Source: an uncultured Alphaproteobacteria bacterium
GTDB lineage: Bacteria > Pseudomonadota > Alphaproteobacteria > CAAGCB01 > CAG-977
Length of the DNA stretch: 64,000 bases
Direction: 5' to 3'
Assembly (NCBI GenBank): GCA_944393745.1
Contig: CALYBD010000002.1
Location: forward strand, 21,591-85,590
Shown here: piece by piece, positions 17,873-26,822 of the stretch
Numbering within the stretch: the stretch's first letter is position 1
Layout: the number at the start of each line of letters is the position of its first letter
Notes under the pieces: model-generated
Database searches by the model: none
What the model saw: the letters and a program-made list of their open reading frames with translations, nothing else
Told to the model about the DNA's origin: nothing
Made by a program: the position numbers and the translations under genes

Positions 17873-18636
17873 GGCGGATTTTAAAATATTTGTATATTGC
17901 CGCGGTTTATCTGGTGTTGTATGTACCGCTGTTGGTGACGATTGTGTTTTCATTTAACAATTCGTCTTCTGCCGACATTTGGCACGGTTTTACGTTAAAG
18001 TGGTATGAAAGTCTGCTGACAGACAAGAGTCTGATCAATTCGGCATTGCGATCTTTGTTTCTGGCGGCTGCGGCTGCGACATCTTCGACTGTCGTCGGCA
18101 CGATTATCGCCATTGCTTTGCATCGGTATCGCTTTATCGGACAGAGGGTCGTATACGGATCTTTGTCTGTTATTATGCTGTCGCCCGAAATTATTCAGGG
18201 GATTTCTTTGGTCATGATTTTTGTGATTTTGGGAATTCCGCTGGGCTTTGTAACATTGTTGTTGTCGCATACGGTTTTTTGTTTTCCTTTTGTGACCGTT
18301 ACGGTGCTGGCCCGGCTAAAAGGAGTAAACCGGAATCTGGCTGAATCCGGTGCGGATTTAGGGGCTTCGGACGTTGATATCGTGCGTTTTATTTTAATTC
18401 CGTTGATTTTACCCGCCGTTTTTGCCGGCTGGCTGATGAGCTTTACGCTGTCGATTGACGATGTGATTATCAGTTTCTTTGTCGGCGGAAAAGAATACGA
18501 AATCCTGCCGCTGAAAATTTATTCCATGGTACAGACGGGGATTCAGCCCGACGTGAATGCATTATGCGCCGCATTGTTTTTTGCAACTTTTGTTGTCGTA
18601 ATGCTTTCCTATCGCCTGGTGCGTGCGAAAAGGTAA
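17866..18636 (+). CDS. potC: Spermidine/putrescine ABC transporter permease PotC
   Basis: 6-TM permease with EAA-like motif (LAESGADLGAS); start overlaps the potB stop (ATGGTAAGG). Confidence 0.85.
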   Translation: MVRRILKYLYIAAVYLVLYVPLLVTIVFSFNNSSSADIWHGFTLKWYESLLTDKSLINSALRSLFLAAAAATSSTVVGTIIAIALHRYRFIGQRVVYGSLSVIMLSPEIIQGISLVMIFVILGIPLGFVTLLLSHTVFCFPFVTVTVLARLKGVNRNLAESGADLGASDVDIVRFILIPLILPAVFAGWLMSFTLSIDDVIISFFVGGKEYEILPLKIYSMVQTGIQPDVNALCAALFFATFVVVMLSYRLVRAKR

Positions 18637-18642
18637 AGGCAG

Positions 18643-19431
18643 CTAATAAAGGTTTGTGGTAAAACGACAATCAGGGTAATTATTGCAACCGATAAAATCT
18701 CCATATTTTCCGTGTCGGATTATTAGTTTTCCTCCACAACGGGGACAAATACCGTTTTCAAGTCGGGTGTTTTGTTTTTGTATACGTTGTCGGGTTTCAA
18801 GAATATGTCTTTCATATTCTTCTGATGATATAATATTGTGTTCATTTAAAAAAGATATAACGTATTCAACAGTTTCTTGAGATAAAATTTGTTGATTATA
18901 TGATGCTATTATATCGTTAATTTCTGAAATATAAATAACATTGCTTTCATAACTGTTTTTTAAATCTGCTTCAGATGAAAAGGCTATAATGGAAATAAAT
19001 TTATCTTCTGATATTTTTAACGCCTTTTTTAAAGCATATATGTGACCTTTATTTTGAATAATCGGATTTTGAAAAAAATATTTTTCTCCAAAAAGATTTT
19101 GAGTCCATTGCCTTGAGTTCTCTGACCCAAAAATCCAACCTTTATAATTTTTTGTTTCTATTACAAAAATACCGTAAATAGAAACAACAATATGATCAAT
19201 TTGGGAACTTCTATTTCCAATACGTAATAAAATATCATTTAAAACATAATATTCATTAGATAAAAATGAAAGTTCTTTACTAACTATTATTTCTCCTCTT
19301 GCTCCTATTTGTGATGAATCTTCGTTGTCTGAAAAAATTAAATATTTAAAAAAGTTAGATATTACAAATAGTGAGAACAAAACTAATATAAGCAATATAA
19401 GAGAAAATAAAAAAAGCAACAAAAAATTCAT
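18643..19431 (-). CDS. NERD (nuclease-related domain) protein with C-terminal topoisomerase-type C4 zinc ribbon
   Basis: Signal-anchor N-terminus, then NERD-like core (HIVVSIYGIFVIETKNYKGWI), then CPRCGGKLIIRHGKYGDFIGCNNYPDCRFT zinc-ribbon. The gene is markedly AT-rich. Confidence 0.7.
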   Translation of the reverse strand: MNFLLLFLFSLILLILVLFSLFVISNFFKYLIFSDNEDSSQIGARGEIIVSKELSFLSNEYYVLNDILLRIGNRSSQIDHIVVSIYGIFVIETKNYKGWIFGSENSRQWTQNLFGEKYFFQNPIIQNKGHIYALKKALKISEDKFISIIAFSSEADLKNSYESNVIYISEINDIIASYNQQILSQETVEYVISFLNEHNIISSEEYERHILETRQRIQKQNTRLENGICPRCGGKLIIRHGKYGDFIGCNNYPDCRFTTNLY

Positions 19432-19442
19432 TTTTTAAAATA

Positions 19443-19838
19443 TCAATCGTTGATGAATTTTAAAATAGGAACGGTATGAATATTCCCGTCTTTTGATTCA
19501 TATTGATAAGTACTGTCAAATGAAATACATTTTCCGGCTTTTGGTTTTATGATTTGATTATCATAATATATTTTTCCTTCTTCTTTGGGAACGTATACGG
19601 TCAGTCCATAACATGACAAGCCATTGGAATATGAATAATTTTCTTGGCAAGACAACGCCAAAGCAAAAGTATCTAAAACCTGAAAAATTTTAACCGCTGC
19701 AATTTCCTCACAGTTTTCATTTTTAGTAAAAGATTGGGATAATGTATCGAATTGAGAACAACTGCATAAAATCAAGCAGATAAAAAATAGTAGTTTCTTC
19801 ATTGTCTTTTTCTCTGTTAATTCTAATAAAATTAACAT
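19443..19838 (-). CDS. Small lipoprotein of unknown function (AT-rich islet gene)
   Basis: Lipoprotein signal MKKLLFFICLILCSCSQ; 131 aa; low GC like the neighbouring NERD gene. Confidence 0.55.
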   Translation of the reverse strand: MLILLELTEKKTMKKLLFFICLILCSCSQFDTLSQSFTKNENCEEIAAVKIFQVLDTFALALSCQENYSYSNGLSCYGLTVYVPKEEGKIYYDNQIIKPKAGKCISFDSTYQYESKDGNIHTVPILKFIND

Positions 19839-19904
19839 ATTGATATCAAAATTTCAATGAACCTTAAAGAACAAGGATAAAATCCGAAGCGATTTTTAGG
19901 TGGA

Positions 19905-20045
19905 ATTGATGACAGGCCATTGTCGTTTTTGCTTAGCCAATTGCGTCTAAGGTTCGCTTCGGTCGCGTCAACGCTTCCTTGCTCACCAAGCCTCATTGAG
20001 CTTGCAGACAAAAACGACAAGCGGTTGTCGTTTTTGCTTAGCGCT
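19905..20045. repeat. Structured repeat element: two direct copies of TTGTCGTTTTTGCTTAGC ~90 bp apart, plus an inverted copy (CAAAAACGACAA) and internal palindromes
   Basis: The 18-mer occurs at ~19919-19936 and ~20016-20033. Its reverse complement CAAAAACGACAA is at ~20000-20011, forming both a long-range stem and a local hairpin. CAAGCctcattgaGCTTG is an internal palindrome. The element sits at the boundary of the AT-rich islet. Confidence 0.6.
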
Positions 20046-20127
20046 TTACAATATATTTACCTGTTGTTAGGATAATCAGATAATCAGTGGATTATGACCG
20101 CCGCGGGCGGGATACTTTATTTATGAA

Positions 20128-20802
20128 ATGGGGAAAAAAATGAATTTATCCAAAGGCTTTGCAATGTTTTCCGGCAGTCGCGCCCTGGAAAATAAAATTG
20201 ATGAATTTCTGGATCGTATTTCCGAAGCCGGTCTGATTTACAGAAAAGCTATTCATGTCTTTCTGGAACATGGCGTGACGGAAGATTTCGTTACGCATGC
20301 CGAACAAATCGGTCATATCGAAAGCCGCGCCGATGAATTGCGGCGTGAAATTGAAACCGGCTTGTATGAACAAAATCTGATCCCTGATCTGCGCGCCGAC
20401 GTTTTAAGTCTGGTCGAAGATTTGGACGCCATTTTAAACGCTTATGACGCCAGCGGATACCGTTTTACCATTGAACAACCCGTTTTCCCCGCTACTTTGC
20501 ACCCGGACGTCCTGGCAATCGTAGAATCCGTAACCAATTCGGTCGAGCAGATCACAATCGCCGCCCGTACGTTTTTCCGCGATTTTAATTCGTGTCGCGA
20601 CTATATTCATAAAGTCCGCTTTTATGAAAGCGAAGCCGATCGTATCAGTACAAAAATTAAACGTGCGGTTTATTCCTCGGATCTGCCGCTGGCCAATAAA
20701 ATGCATATTTCCAGCTTTGTTGAAATGATTGATAACCTGGCTGATATGGCCGAAGACATTACGGATAAATTGGCTATTTACGTTATTAAACGCGATAATT
20801 AA
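20128..20802 (+). CDS. DUF47/PhoU-like Pit accessory protein (TIGR00153 family)
   Basis: 224 aa all-helical protein matching the PhoU-like family that is genomically coupled to Pit transporters. It sits immediately upstream of three pit genes. The start may instead be the ATG at 20140. Confidence 0.7.
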   Translation: MGKKMNLSKGFAMFSGSRALENKIDEFLDRISEAGLIYRKAIHVFLEHGVTEDFVTHAEQIGHIESRADELRREIETGLYEQNLIPDLRADVLSLVEDLDAILNAYDASGYRFTIEQPVFPATLHPDVLAIVESVTNSVEQITIAARTFFRDFNSCRDYIHKVRFYESEADRISTKIKRAVYSSDLPLANKMHISSFVEMIDNLADMAEDITDKLAIYVIKRDN

Positions 20803-20828
20803 TCGTTGCCGACAGAAAAGGAACGTCT

Positions 20829-22334
20829 ATGGGGATCATCGGGTTTATCTTTTTAAGCAGCGGTCTGTTTCTGGGGTGGTCCCTGGGGGCTCAAGATGCT
20901 TCCAATGTTTTCGGAACAGCCGTTGCAACCCGTATGGTCAGATTTAAAACCGCGGCACTGGTGTGCAGCATCTTTGTAACGCTGGGGGCTGTGATCAGCG
21001 GTGTCGGGACGGCGGATACGCTGGGCAGCCTGGGGGAAGTCAATGCCATCGGCGGAGCTTTCGTTACGGCCTTTTCGGCGGCTTTTACCGCCTGCGTTGT
21101 CAGCAAAATCGGATTGACAATTTCTGTCTCTCAGGCCGTTGTCGGCGCCGTAATCGGCTGGAACTGGTTTTCTCAGTCCGTTACGGATACGGATTCTTTG
21201 GTTAAAATGGCCGGAACGTGGGTGGCTTGTCCCGTTATTTCCGGGCTGTTGGCCATTCCGTTGTTTGCTTTTTTCAGCAAGATTTCAAAACGTATTAAAC
21301 TTTCGTTACTGCAAAGAGACGTTTTGCTGCGGGCGGCTTTGATCGTAACGGGCGCCTTTGGTTCTTATTCTTTGGGCGCAAACAATATGGCCAACGTTGT
21401 CGGCGTGTTCGTCCCCGTTGTCCCGTTCGCCGATTTTATGCTGTTCGGTTATAAAGTGACAGCTATTCATCAGCTGTTCTTTGTCGGATCCGTCGCGGTT
21501 TCCATCGGCGTGTATACGTATTCTTATAAAGTGATGATGACCGTCGGCAAAGGGTTGATGCCTTTGACACCTTTTGCGGCCTGGGTCGTTGTCCTGTGTC
21601 AGGGGGTTGTTTTATTTCTGTTTGCGTCGGAAGGATTGGAATATTTTCTGGCTTCGCACGGGTTGCCGACGATTCCGCTGGTTCCTGTTTCTTCTACCCA
21701 AGCCGTAATCGGCGCCGTTTTAGGCATTGGTCTGTATAAAGGCAGCAAAAATATTCGTTGGAAAACGTTGTGGAAAATTATGATCAGCTGGGTTGCCGCA
21801 CCGGTAATTACGGCTGTGTGCTGCTTTATTTTCCTGTTTATTATGCAAAATGTGTTCAGCCAAAAAGTGTTTATTCCGAAAACATATGTGTTGTCGACTG
21901 ATGTATTAAGTGAAATTGAACAAAAAACAAATCTGCCGGTTGATCTTTTCCGTACATTGCAGGGGGAAAAGTTTCAGTCGGGGCAGGCTTTGGTTAAGGC
22001 CGTGAAAAAAGAATATCCCCGGCTGACAAATGCCGAAGCCAGAAAAATCCTGTCTTATGCAGAGCTGGTTTATTTCAAAATTGCCCCCGAAAAAATAAAG
22101 CAGCTGCCGACTGAAATGTTTTCCGAAGAACAGCTGAACGATATTACAGCCTTGTCGGGGCAGACTTTTTCCCATACATGGAAGCTGCAAAATGTGCTGA
22201 ATAACAAGGATCCCGAATGGAAAATGTTGCCGGAAAACATTTTAAATAAACAGGAAAACAGCCAGAAAAAACGTCGGATCCGTTTGTTGGAAAAAGTTTT
22301 TAAATGGGATCCCGCCGTTTCCGCCGCTCTTTAA
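20829..22334 (+). CDS. pit: Inorganic phosphate transporter, PiT (PHO4) family, paralogue 1, with ~150 aa hydrophilic C-terminal extension
   Basis: PHO4 signature repeats GAQDASNVFGTAV and GANNMANVVGVF; ~350 aa polytopic core, then a soluble tail; RBS AAGGAA upstream. Confidence 0.8.
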   Translation: MGIIGFIFLSSGLFLGWSLGAQDASNVFGTAVATRMVRFKTAALVCSIFVTLGAVISGVGTADTLGSLGEVNAIGGAFVTAFSAAFTACVVSKIGLTISVSQAVVGAVIGWNWFSQSVTDTDSLVKMAGTWVACPVISGLLAIPLFAFFSKISKRIKLSLLQRDVLLRAALIVTGAFGSYSLGANNMANVVGVFVPVVPFADFMLFGYKVTAIHQLFFVGSVAVSIGVYTYSYKVMMTVGKGLMPLTPFAAWVVVLCQGVVLFLFASEGLEYFLASHGLPTIPLVPVSSTQAVIGAVLGIGLYKGSKNIRWKTLWKIMISWVAAPVITAVCCFIFLFIMQNVFSQKVFIPKTYVLSTDVLSEIEQKTNLPVDLFRTLQGEKFQSGQALVKAVKKEYPRLTNAEARKILSYAELVYFKIAPEKIKQLPTEMFSEEQLNDITALSGQTFSHTWKLQNVLNNKDPEWKMLPENILNKQENSQKKRRIRLLEKVFKWDPAVSAAL

Positions 22335-22415
22335 AAAAATTGATGCGCCGGGGCTTGAATAAAAAGACAAATAATGAAATGATACAACGGTTAATATGAT
22401 AAAAGGTGTTGTCTT

Positions 22416-23906
22416 ATGGGGACTTCGGGAATAGTTTTTCTTTCCAGCGGTTTGTTTTTGGGCTGGTCGTTGGGGGCGAACGATGCTTCAAACGTTTATG
22501 GTACGGCCGTTGCTTCCCGAATGGTGAAATTTAAAACAGCAGCCTTGTTGTGCAGCATTTTTTTAATGCTGGGAGCTTTGATCGACGGTGTGGGGACGGC
22601 TCATACGCTGGGGGCGCTCGGATCCGTTAATGCGATCGGAGGAGCCTTTGTTACTTCTTTTGCCGCGGCGTTTACCGTTTTTTTAATGACAAAATACGGT
22701 CTGCCTGTTTCTGTTTCACAGGCGGTGGTCGGGGCGATTATCGGCTGGAACTGCTTTACCGATTCGATAACGGATGTTTCTTCTGTTGTTAAAATTGCCA
22801 GTACGTGGATTGCCTGTCCGGTTTTGGGCGGAATTTTCGGCGCTCTTGTCTTTGCCGTTTTTAAACAGATTTCAAAGCATGTTAACCTGAGTCTGTTGCA
22901 AAGAGATGCTTTAACGCGCTTTGCCATGATTGTAACGGGAGCATTCGGCTCTTATGCTTTGGGCGCAAACAATATGGCTAACGTCGTCGGCGTATTCATT
23001 CCGGTTGTTCCGTTTACGGAATTTTCTTTTTTCGGTATTGAAATTTCTCCGGTTCATCAGTTGTTTTTTGTCGGTTCTGTCGCCGTTGCCATCGGTGTGT
23101 ACACATATTCGTATAAAGTAATGATGACGGTAGGCAAAGGCTTGTTGCCTTTGTCGCCTTTTGCATCGTGGGTTGTCGTTTTATCGCAATCGTTGGTGTT
23201 ATTTATTTTCGCCTCTGAAGGATTGGAATATTTTTTGGCATCACATAATCTGCCGACAATTCCACTGGTCCCCGTATCGTCAACGCAGGCCGTTGTCGGG
23301 GCCGTAATCGGTATCGGCATTTATAAAGGAGCGGCAAGGAATATTGACTGGACGGTCTTTGTCCGCATTATGTGCGGGTGGGTGATTACGCCGATTATTA
23401 CGGCCTTTATTTGCTTTATTTCGCTGTATGTGATGAAAAATCTGTTTGATCAGCCGGTGTATACGCCAAAAACGTATACAATTTCCGAAGGGGTTCTAAA
23501 TGAATTTGAAGATCACGGCATATCCGCCGATAAACTTCAGGTTTTGATCGGCAAGTCTTTTTCTTCCGGAAAAGAAATGATTTCTGCTATCGAAGATCAT
23601 AAGGAATTGTCTAATAAACAGGAGTTGTTGGCATTAAAATATGCCGAAGTTGTCAGAATTAAAATCGATACAAAAAAAATGAACAAACTTTCCGAAAAAA
23701 TCTTTTCAAATCAGGAAAAAAAAGATTTACTGGCTTTGCAGGACAGAGAATTCAATTATCGTTGGGAAATTGAAGACGCTTTGATAAAACAGAATAAATC
23801 CTGGCAAAAAAAACCGGATACGGTTCTGAATAAAAAATTCAATGAAGAAATTATGCAGCAGTATAAGATGATAGAAGGTGTTTTTAAATGGGAAGCTCAG
23901 GGATAG
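22416..23906 (+). CDS. pit: Inorganic phosphate transporter, PiT family, paralogue 2, with C-terminal extension
   Basis: GANDASNVYGTAV and GANNMANVVGVF motifs; ~65% identical to paralogue 1 through the membrane core; conserved tail. Confidence 0.8.
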   Translation: MGTSGIVFLSSGLFLGWSLGANDASNVYGTAVASRMVKFKTAALLCSIFLMLGALIDGVGTAHTLGALGSVNAIGGAFVTSFAAAFTVFLMTKYGLPVSVSQAVVGAIIGWNCFTDSITDVSSVVKIASTWIACPVLGGIFGALVFAVFKQISKHVNLSLLQRDALTRFAMIVTGAFGSYALGANNMANVVGVFIPVVPFTEFSFFGIEISPVHQLFFVGSVAVAIGVYTYSYKVMMTVGKGLLPLSPFASWVVVLSQSLVLFIFASEGLEYFLASHNLPTIPLVPVSSTQAVVGAVIGIGIYKGAARNIDWTVFVRIMCGWVITPIITAFICFISLYVMKNLFDQPVYTPKTYTISEGVLNEFEDHGISADKLQVLIGKSFSSGKEMISAIEDHKELSNKQELLALKYAEVVRIKIDTKKMNKLSEKIFSNQEKKDLLALQDREFNYRWEIEDALIKQNKSWQKKPDTVLNKKFNEEIMQQYKMIEGVFKWEAQG

Positions 23907-25411
23907 TTTTTCTTTCCAGCGGTTTGTTTTTGGGCTGGTCGTTGGGGGCGAACGATGCCGCAAATATTTTCGGCACCGCTGTCAGCACGCGTATGGTTAA
24001 ATTTAAAACAGCCGCTATTGTGTGCAGTATTTTTATTATGCTGGGGGCCGTGATCAGCGGCGTCGGCGCGGCCTATACATTGGGCAGTTTGGGCGCGATC
24101 AATGCGATTGGGGGCGCCTTTATTACGACGTTTGCCGCGGCCTTTACCGTATATTCCATGATTAAATGCGGGTTGCCTGTGTCTGTGTCTCAGGCCGTTG
24201 TCGGGGCAATTATCGGCTGGAACTGGTTTACCGATTCCGTAACAGATGTTAATTCAATTGTGCGAATTGCCAGCACATGGGTGGCCTGTCCGTTGCTGGC
24301 GGCGACTTTTGCTGCTGTGTTATATATTATGTTCAAGTACTTGTTAGGTTCTGTCAAAGTCCATTTGCTGTATCGTGATGCCTGTACACGTCTGGCGATG
24401 ATTTTGACAGGAGCTTTCGGTGCTTATTCTTTAGGGGCAAACAACATGGCAAACGTTGTCGGCGTGTTTGTTCCTGTCGCGCCGTTTGTGGAATTTTCTT
24501 TTGGCGGATTGCATTTTTCGGCTGTACAGCAGTTGTTTTTTGTCGGTTCTCTGGCAACGGCGATCGGTGTCTTTACATATTCGTATAAGGTCATGGGAAC
24601 TGTCGGCAAAGGGTTAATGCCGTTGTCTCCGTTTGCTGCATGGGTTGTTGTTTTGGCGCAGTCGCTGGTCTTGTTTATTTTTGCGTCCGAAGGGCTGGAA
24701 TATTTTCTGGCATCGCATGATTTGCCGGTTATTCCTTTGGTGCCCGTATCGTCAACACAGGCGGTTGTCGGCGCCGTGATCGGTATCGGATTGTGCAAAG
24801 GGGCGGCTAAAAGCATTAAATGGAGCGTTGTTGTCCGCATTATGTGCGGGTGGGTGATTACGCCGGTTATTGCCGCCATGATTTGTTTCTTTTCGTTGTT
24901 CTTTATGCAAAACGTTTTTAATCAGCAGGTGTATGTGCCCAAAACATACCTGATGAGCGAAAAGGTATTTAATAAAATTGTCGAAGAGGGATTTTCCGGC
25001 AGTAAATTAAGTTCATTAAAAGGGGAACGTTTTGATTCCGGCGTTGAATTTATTGATGCGGTTGAAAATCGTTTGGGAAAATTAACAAGTCAAGAACAGC
25101 AAAAAGTGTTGGATACGGCAGAAAATGTCCGTATCGTCATTGATCCGGACAGAATTGAAAACCTGGACAACCGTTTGTTTTCCGCCGAAGAGATCGAACA
25201 AATCAAGCAATTAAGCGGTCAACGTTTTAATTACCGCTGGGAATTGCAAAATGCTTTGTCACTGATCAGCAAAAACTGGGAATATTTGCCGGCAACGATT
25301 TTAAATAAACAGTATAACAAGCTGTTGGCACAAAAATTAACGGTCATTGAAAATAATTTTATTGTCCGGGCAGATCGTAAAAAGCAAAATAATTGCTGTT
25401 ATTCTGATTAA
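23888..25411 (+). CDS. pit: Inorganic phosphate transporter, PiT family, paralogue 3, with C-terminal extension
   Basis: GANDAANIFGTAV and GANNMANVVGVF motifs. The start overlaps the paralogue 2 stop. The first ~60 nt are nearly identical to those of paralogue 2. Confidence 0.8.
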   Translation: MGSSGIVFLSSGLFLGWSLGANDAANIFGTAVSTRMVKFKTAAIVCSIFIMLGAVISGVGAAYTLGSLGAINAIGGAFITTFAAAFTVYSMIKCGLPVSVSQAVVGAIIGWNWFTDSVTDVNSIVRIASTWVACPLLAATFAAVLYIMFKYLLGSVKVHLLYRDACTRLAMILTGAFGAYSLGANNMANVVGVFVPVAPFVEFSFGGLHFSAVQQLFFVGSLATAIGVFTYSYKVMGTVGKGLMPLSPFAAWVVVLAQSLVLFIFASEGLEYFLASHDLPVIPLVPVSSTQAVVGAVIGIGLCKGAAKSIKWSVVVRIMCGWVITPVIAAMICFFSLFFMQNVFNQQVYVPKTYLMSEKVFNKIVEEGFSGSKLSSLKGERFDSGVEFIDAVENRLGKLTSQEQQKVLDTAENVRIVIDPDRIENLDNRLFSAEEIEQIKQLSGQRFNYRWELQNALSLISKNWEYLPATILNKQYNKLLAQKLTVIENNFIVRADRKKQNNCCYSD

Positions 25412-25419
25412 AAGATTAA

Positions 25420-25449
25420 AAGCCCCGAATATCTTCAGGGCTTTTTTTA
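25420..25449 (+). terminator. Rho-independent terminator after the third pit gene
   Basis: GCCCCGAAtatcTTCAGGGC stem followed by TTTTTTT. Confidence 0.6.
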
Positions 25450-25617
25450 TCATAAAAACAATCGCCTGACGGACAGCCGGAACGTTAGAAATAAAGATTT
25501 TAAATCGCTGAACAGATATCAAAAGCTTGGCAACGGACAAAACGGTTGCGGGCAATTCGGTACACCGGTAAGTCTAAGAAGTTTTTTTCGGCTCTTATTG
25601 CTGATGTCAGTAAAAAA

Positions 25618-25647
25618 AACGGCTTTGGCAATTTACCAAGGCCGTTT
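25618..25647 (-). terminator. Terminator downstream of lpxC (bidirectional hairpin)
   Basis: AACGGCTTTGGcaatttaCCAAGGCCGTT stem flanked by an A-run and a T-run. Confidence 0.6.
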
Positions 25648-25693
25648 TTATCTGTCGTGCTTTTTTATTGGAGATAAACACGAAAAAAGAAAA

Positions 25694-26638
25694 TTAAGCG
25701 CAATCCAGCTGTCTTAAATCCTCATCTTCTTCAAAAGATTTTTCTTCAATCAAAGAAGCATAATAAGTCGCCAGATCAACTATTTCATAATTGCTTTGAT
25801 CAGCAAAAACAGCGGTCAGCAAAGCATTCGTATCCGTATGGCCGGAACGACTGCCTGAAAATTCGGCAATCATCGGATAACCGGACATATACAAATCACC
25901 GACAGCGTCCAGCATTTTATGACGGACAAATTCATTGGAATAACGCAGGCCGTCTTTGTTCATAATGGTATTATCGTTGACTAAAATAGCGTTATCCAAA
26001 GACCCGCCGCGTGCCAATCCGATTGAGCGCAACATTTCAATATCCTGCAAAAATCCGAATGTACGGGCACGGCTGAACATATTTTTGAAATTTGCCGTAG
26101 TCAAATCCAGATCGGCTTCCTGATGTCCGATGACGGAAGCGGGAAAATCAATCGAAAAATGCATTTTTAAGCCTTTTTCGGCCGGACGCAGCGTAACTTC
26201 CTTATCACCGTTCTTAACGCTGACGGGTTTTAAGATGCGGATTGCTTTTAAAGAAGCATTTTGCACCTTCACACCGGCACATTCCAACAAAAACACAAAC
26301 GGCGCGGAACTGCCGTCCATCACCGGTGTTTCGGGACCGTTGATTTCGATCAGCATATTATTGATGCCCATGGCGTGAATTGCCGCCATTAAATGTTCAA
26401 TCGTTGCGACCCGTACGCCGTCTTTATTTCCGATACAGGTGCACATACGCGTGTCAACCACATAATCATGATGCGCCGGAATATAAGCGTCCTGTCCGGA
26501 AATATCCGTTCTGTGGAAAACAATGCCGGTATTTACTTCGGCCGGTTTTAACGTCATGGAAATTTTATTCCCCGTATGCAGACCGATGCCCACGCATGAA
26601 ATTTCATGCTTGATTGTCTTCTGCTGATATTTTTCCAT
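25694..26638 (-). CDS. lpxC: UDP-3-O-acyl-N-acetylglucosamine deacetylase LpxC
   Basis: The N-terminal region TIKHEISCVGIGLHTGNKISMTLKP and the LpxC zinc-site context MAAIHAMGIN...DGSSAPFV match the family; 314 aa; position at the end of the dcw cluster. Confidence 0.9.
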   Translation of the reverse strand: MEKYQQKTIKHEISCVGIGLHTGNKISMTLKPAEVNTGIVFHRTDISGQDAYIPAHHDYVVDTRMCTCIGNKDGVRVATIEHLMAAIHAMGINNMLIEINGPETPVMDGSSAPFVFLLECAGVKVQNASLKAIRILKPVSVKNGDKEVTLRPAEKGLKMHFSIDFPASVIGHQEADLDLTTANFKNMFSRARTFGFLQDIEMLRSIGLARGGSLDNAILVNDNTIMNKDGLRYSNEFVRHKMLDAVGDLYMSGYPMIAEFSGSRSGHTDTNALLTAVFADQSNYEIVDLATYYASLIEEKSFEEDEDLRQLDCA

Positions 26639-26774
26639 GTTAAACCCTTTCTTTTCTGGAAACTTTTTCTATCCTATAGTTTTAACAGTGCGGGGTGTCT
26701 TTTTCAAATCAAGCTTTGTTACGTTTTGTTACATTAAGAGTTTGTTAAGTTATTGTTTTTTCTGAAAATAAAAA

Positions 26775-26800
26775 ACGGCCGAAGCATTTCAGCCGTTTTT
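26775..26800 (-). terminator. Terminator downstream of ftsZ
   Basis: ACGGCcgaagcatttcaGCCGT hairpin with flanking A/T runs. Confidence 0.5.
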
Positions 26801-26822
26801 TTTACGGATCAAAGCGGATAAA

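Noticed and set aside
19905-20045. Possible CRISPR array or tRNA at the islet boundary
   Set aside because: There are only two direct repeats with a ~80 bp spacer and no cas genes. The sequence does not show tRNA features: no T-loop GTTCRANYC and no cloverleaf. It was kept as an unexplained structured repeat instead.
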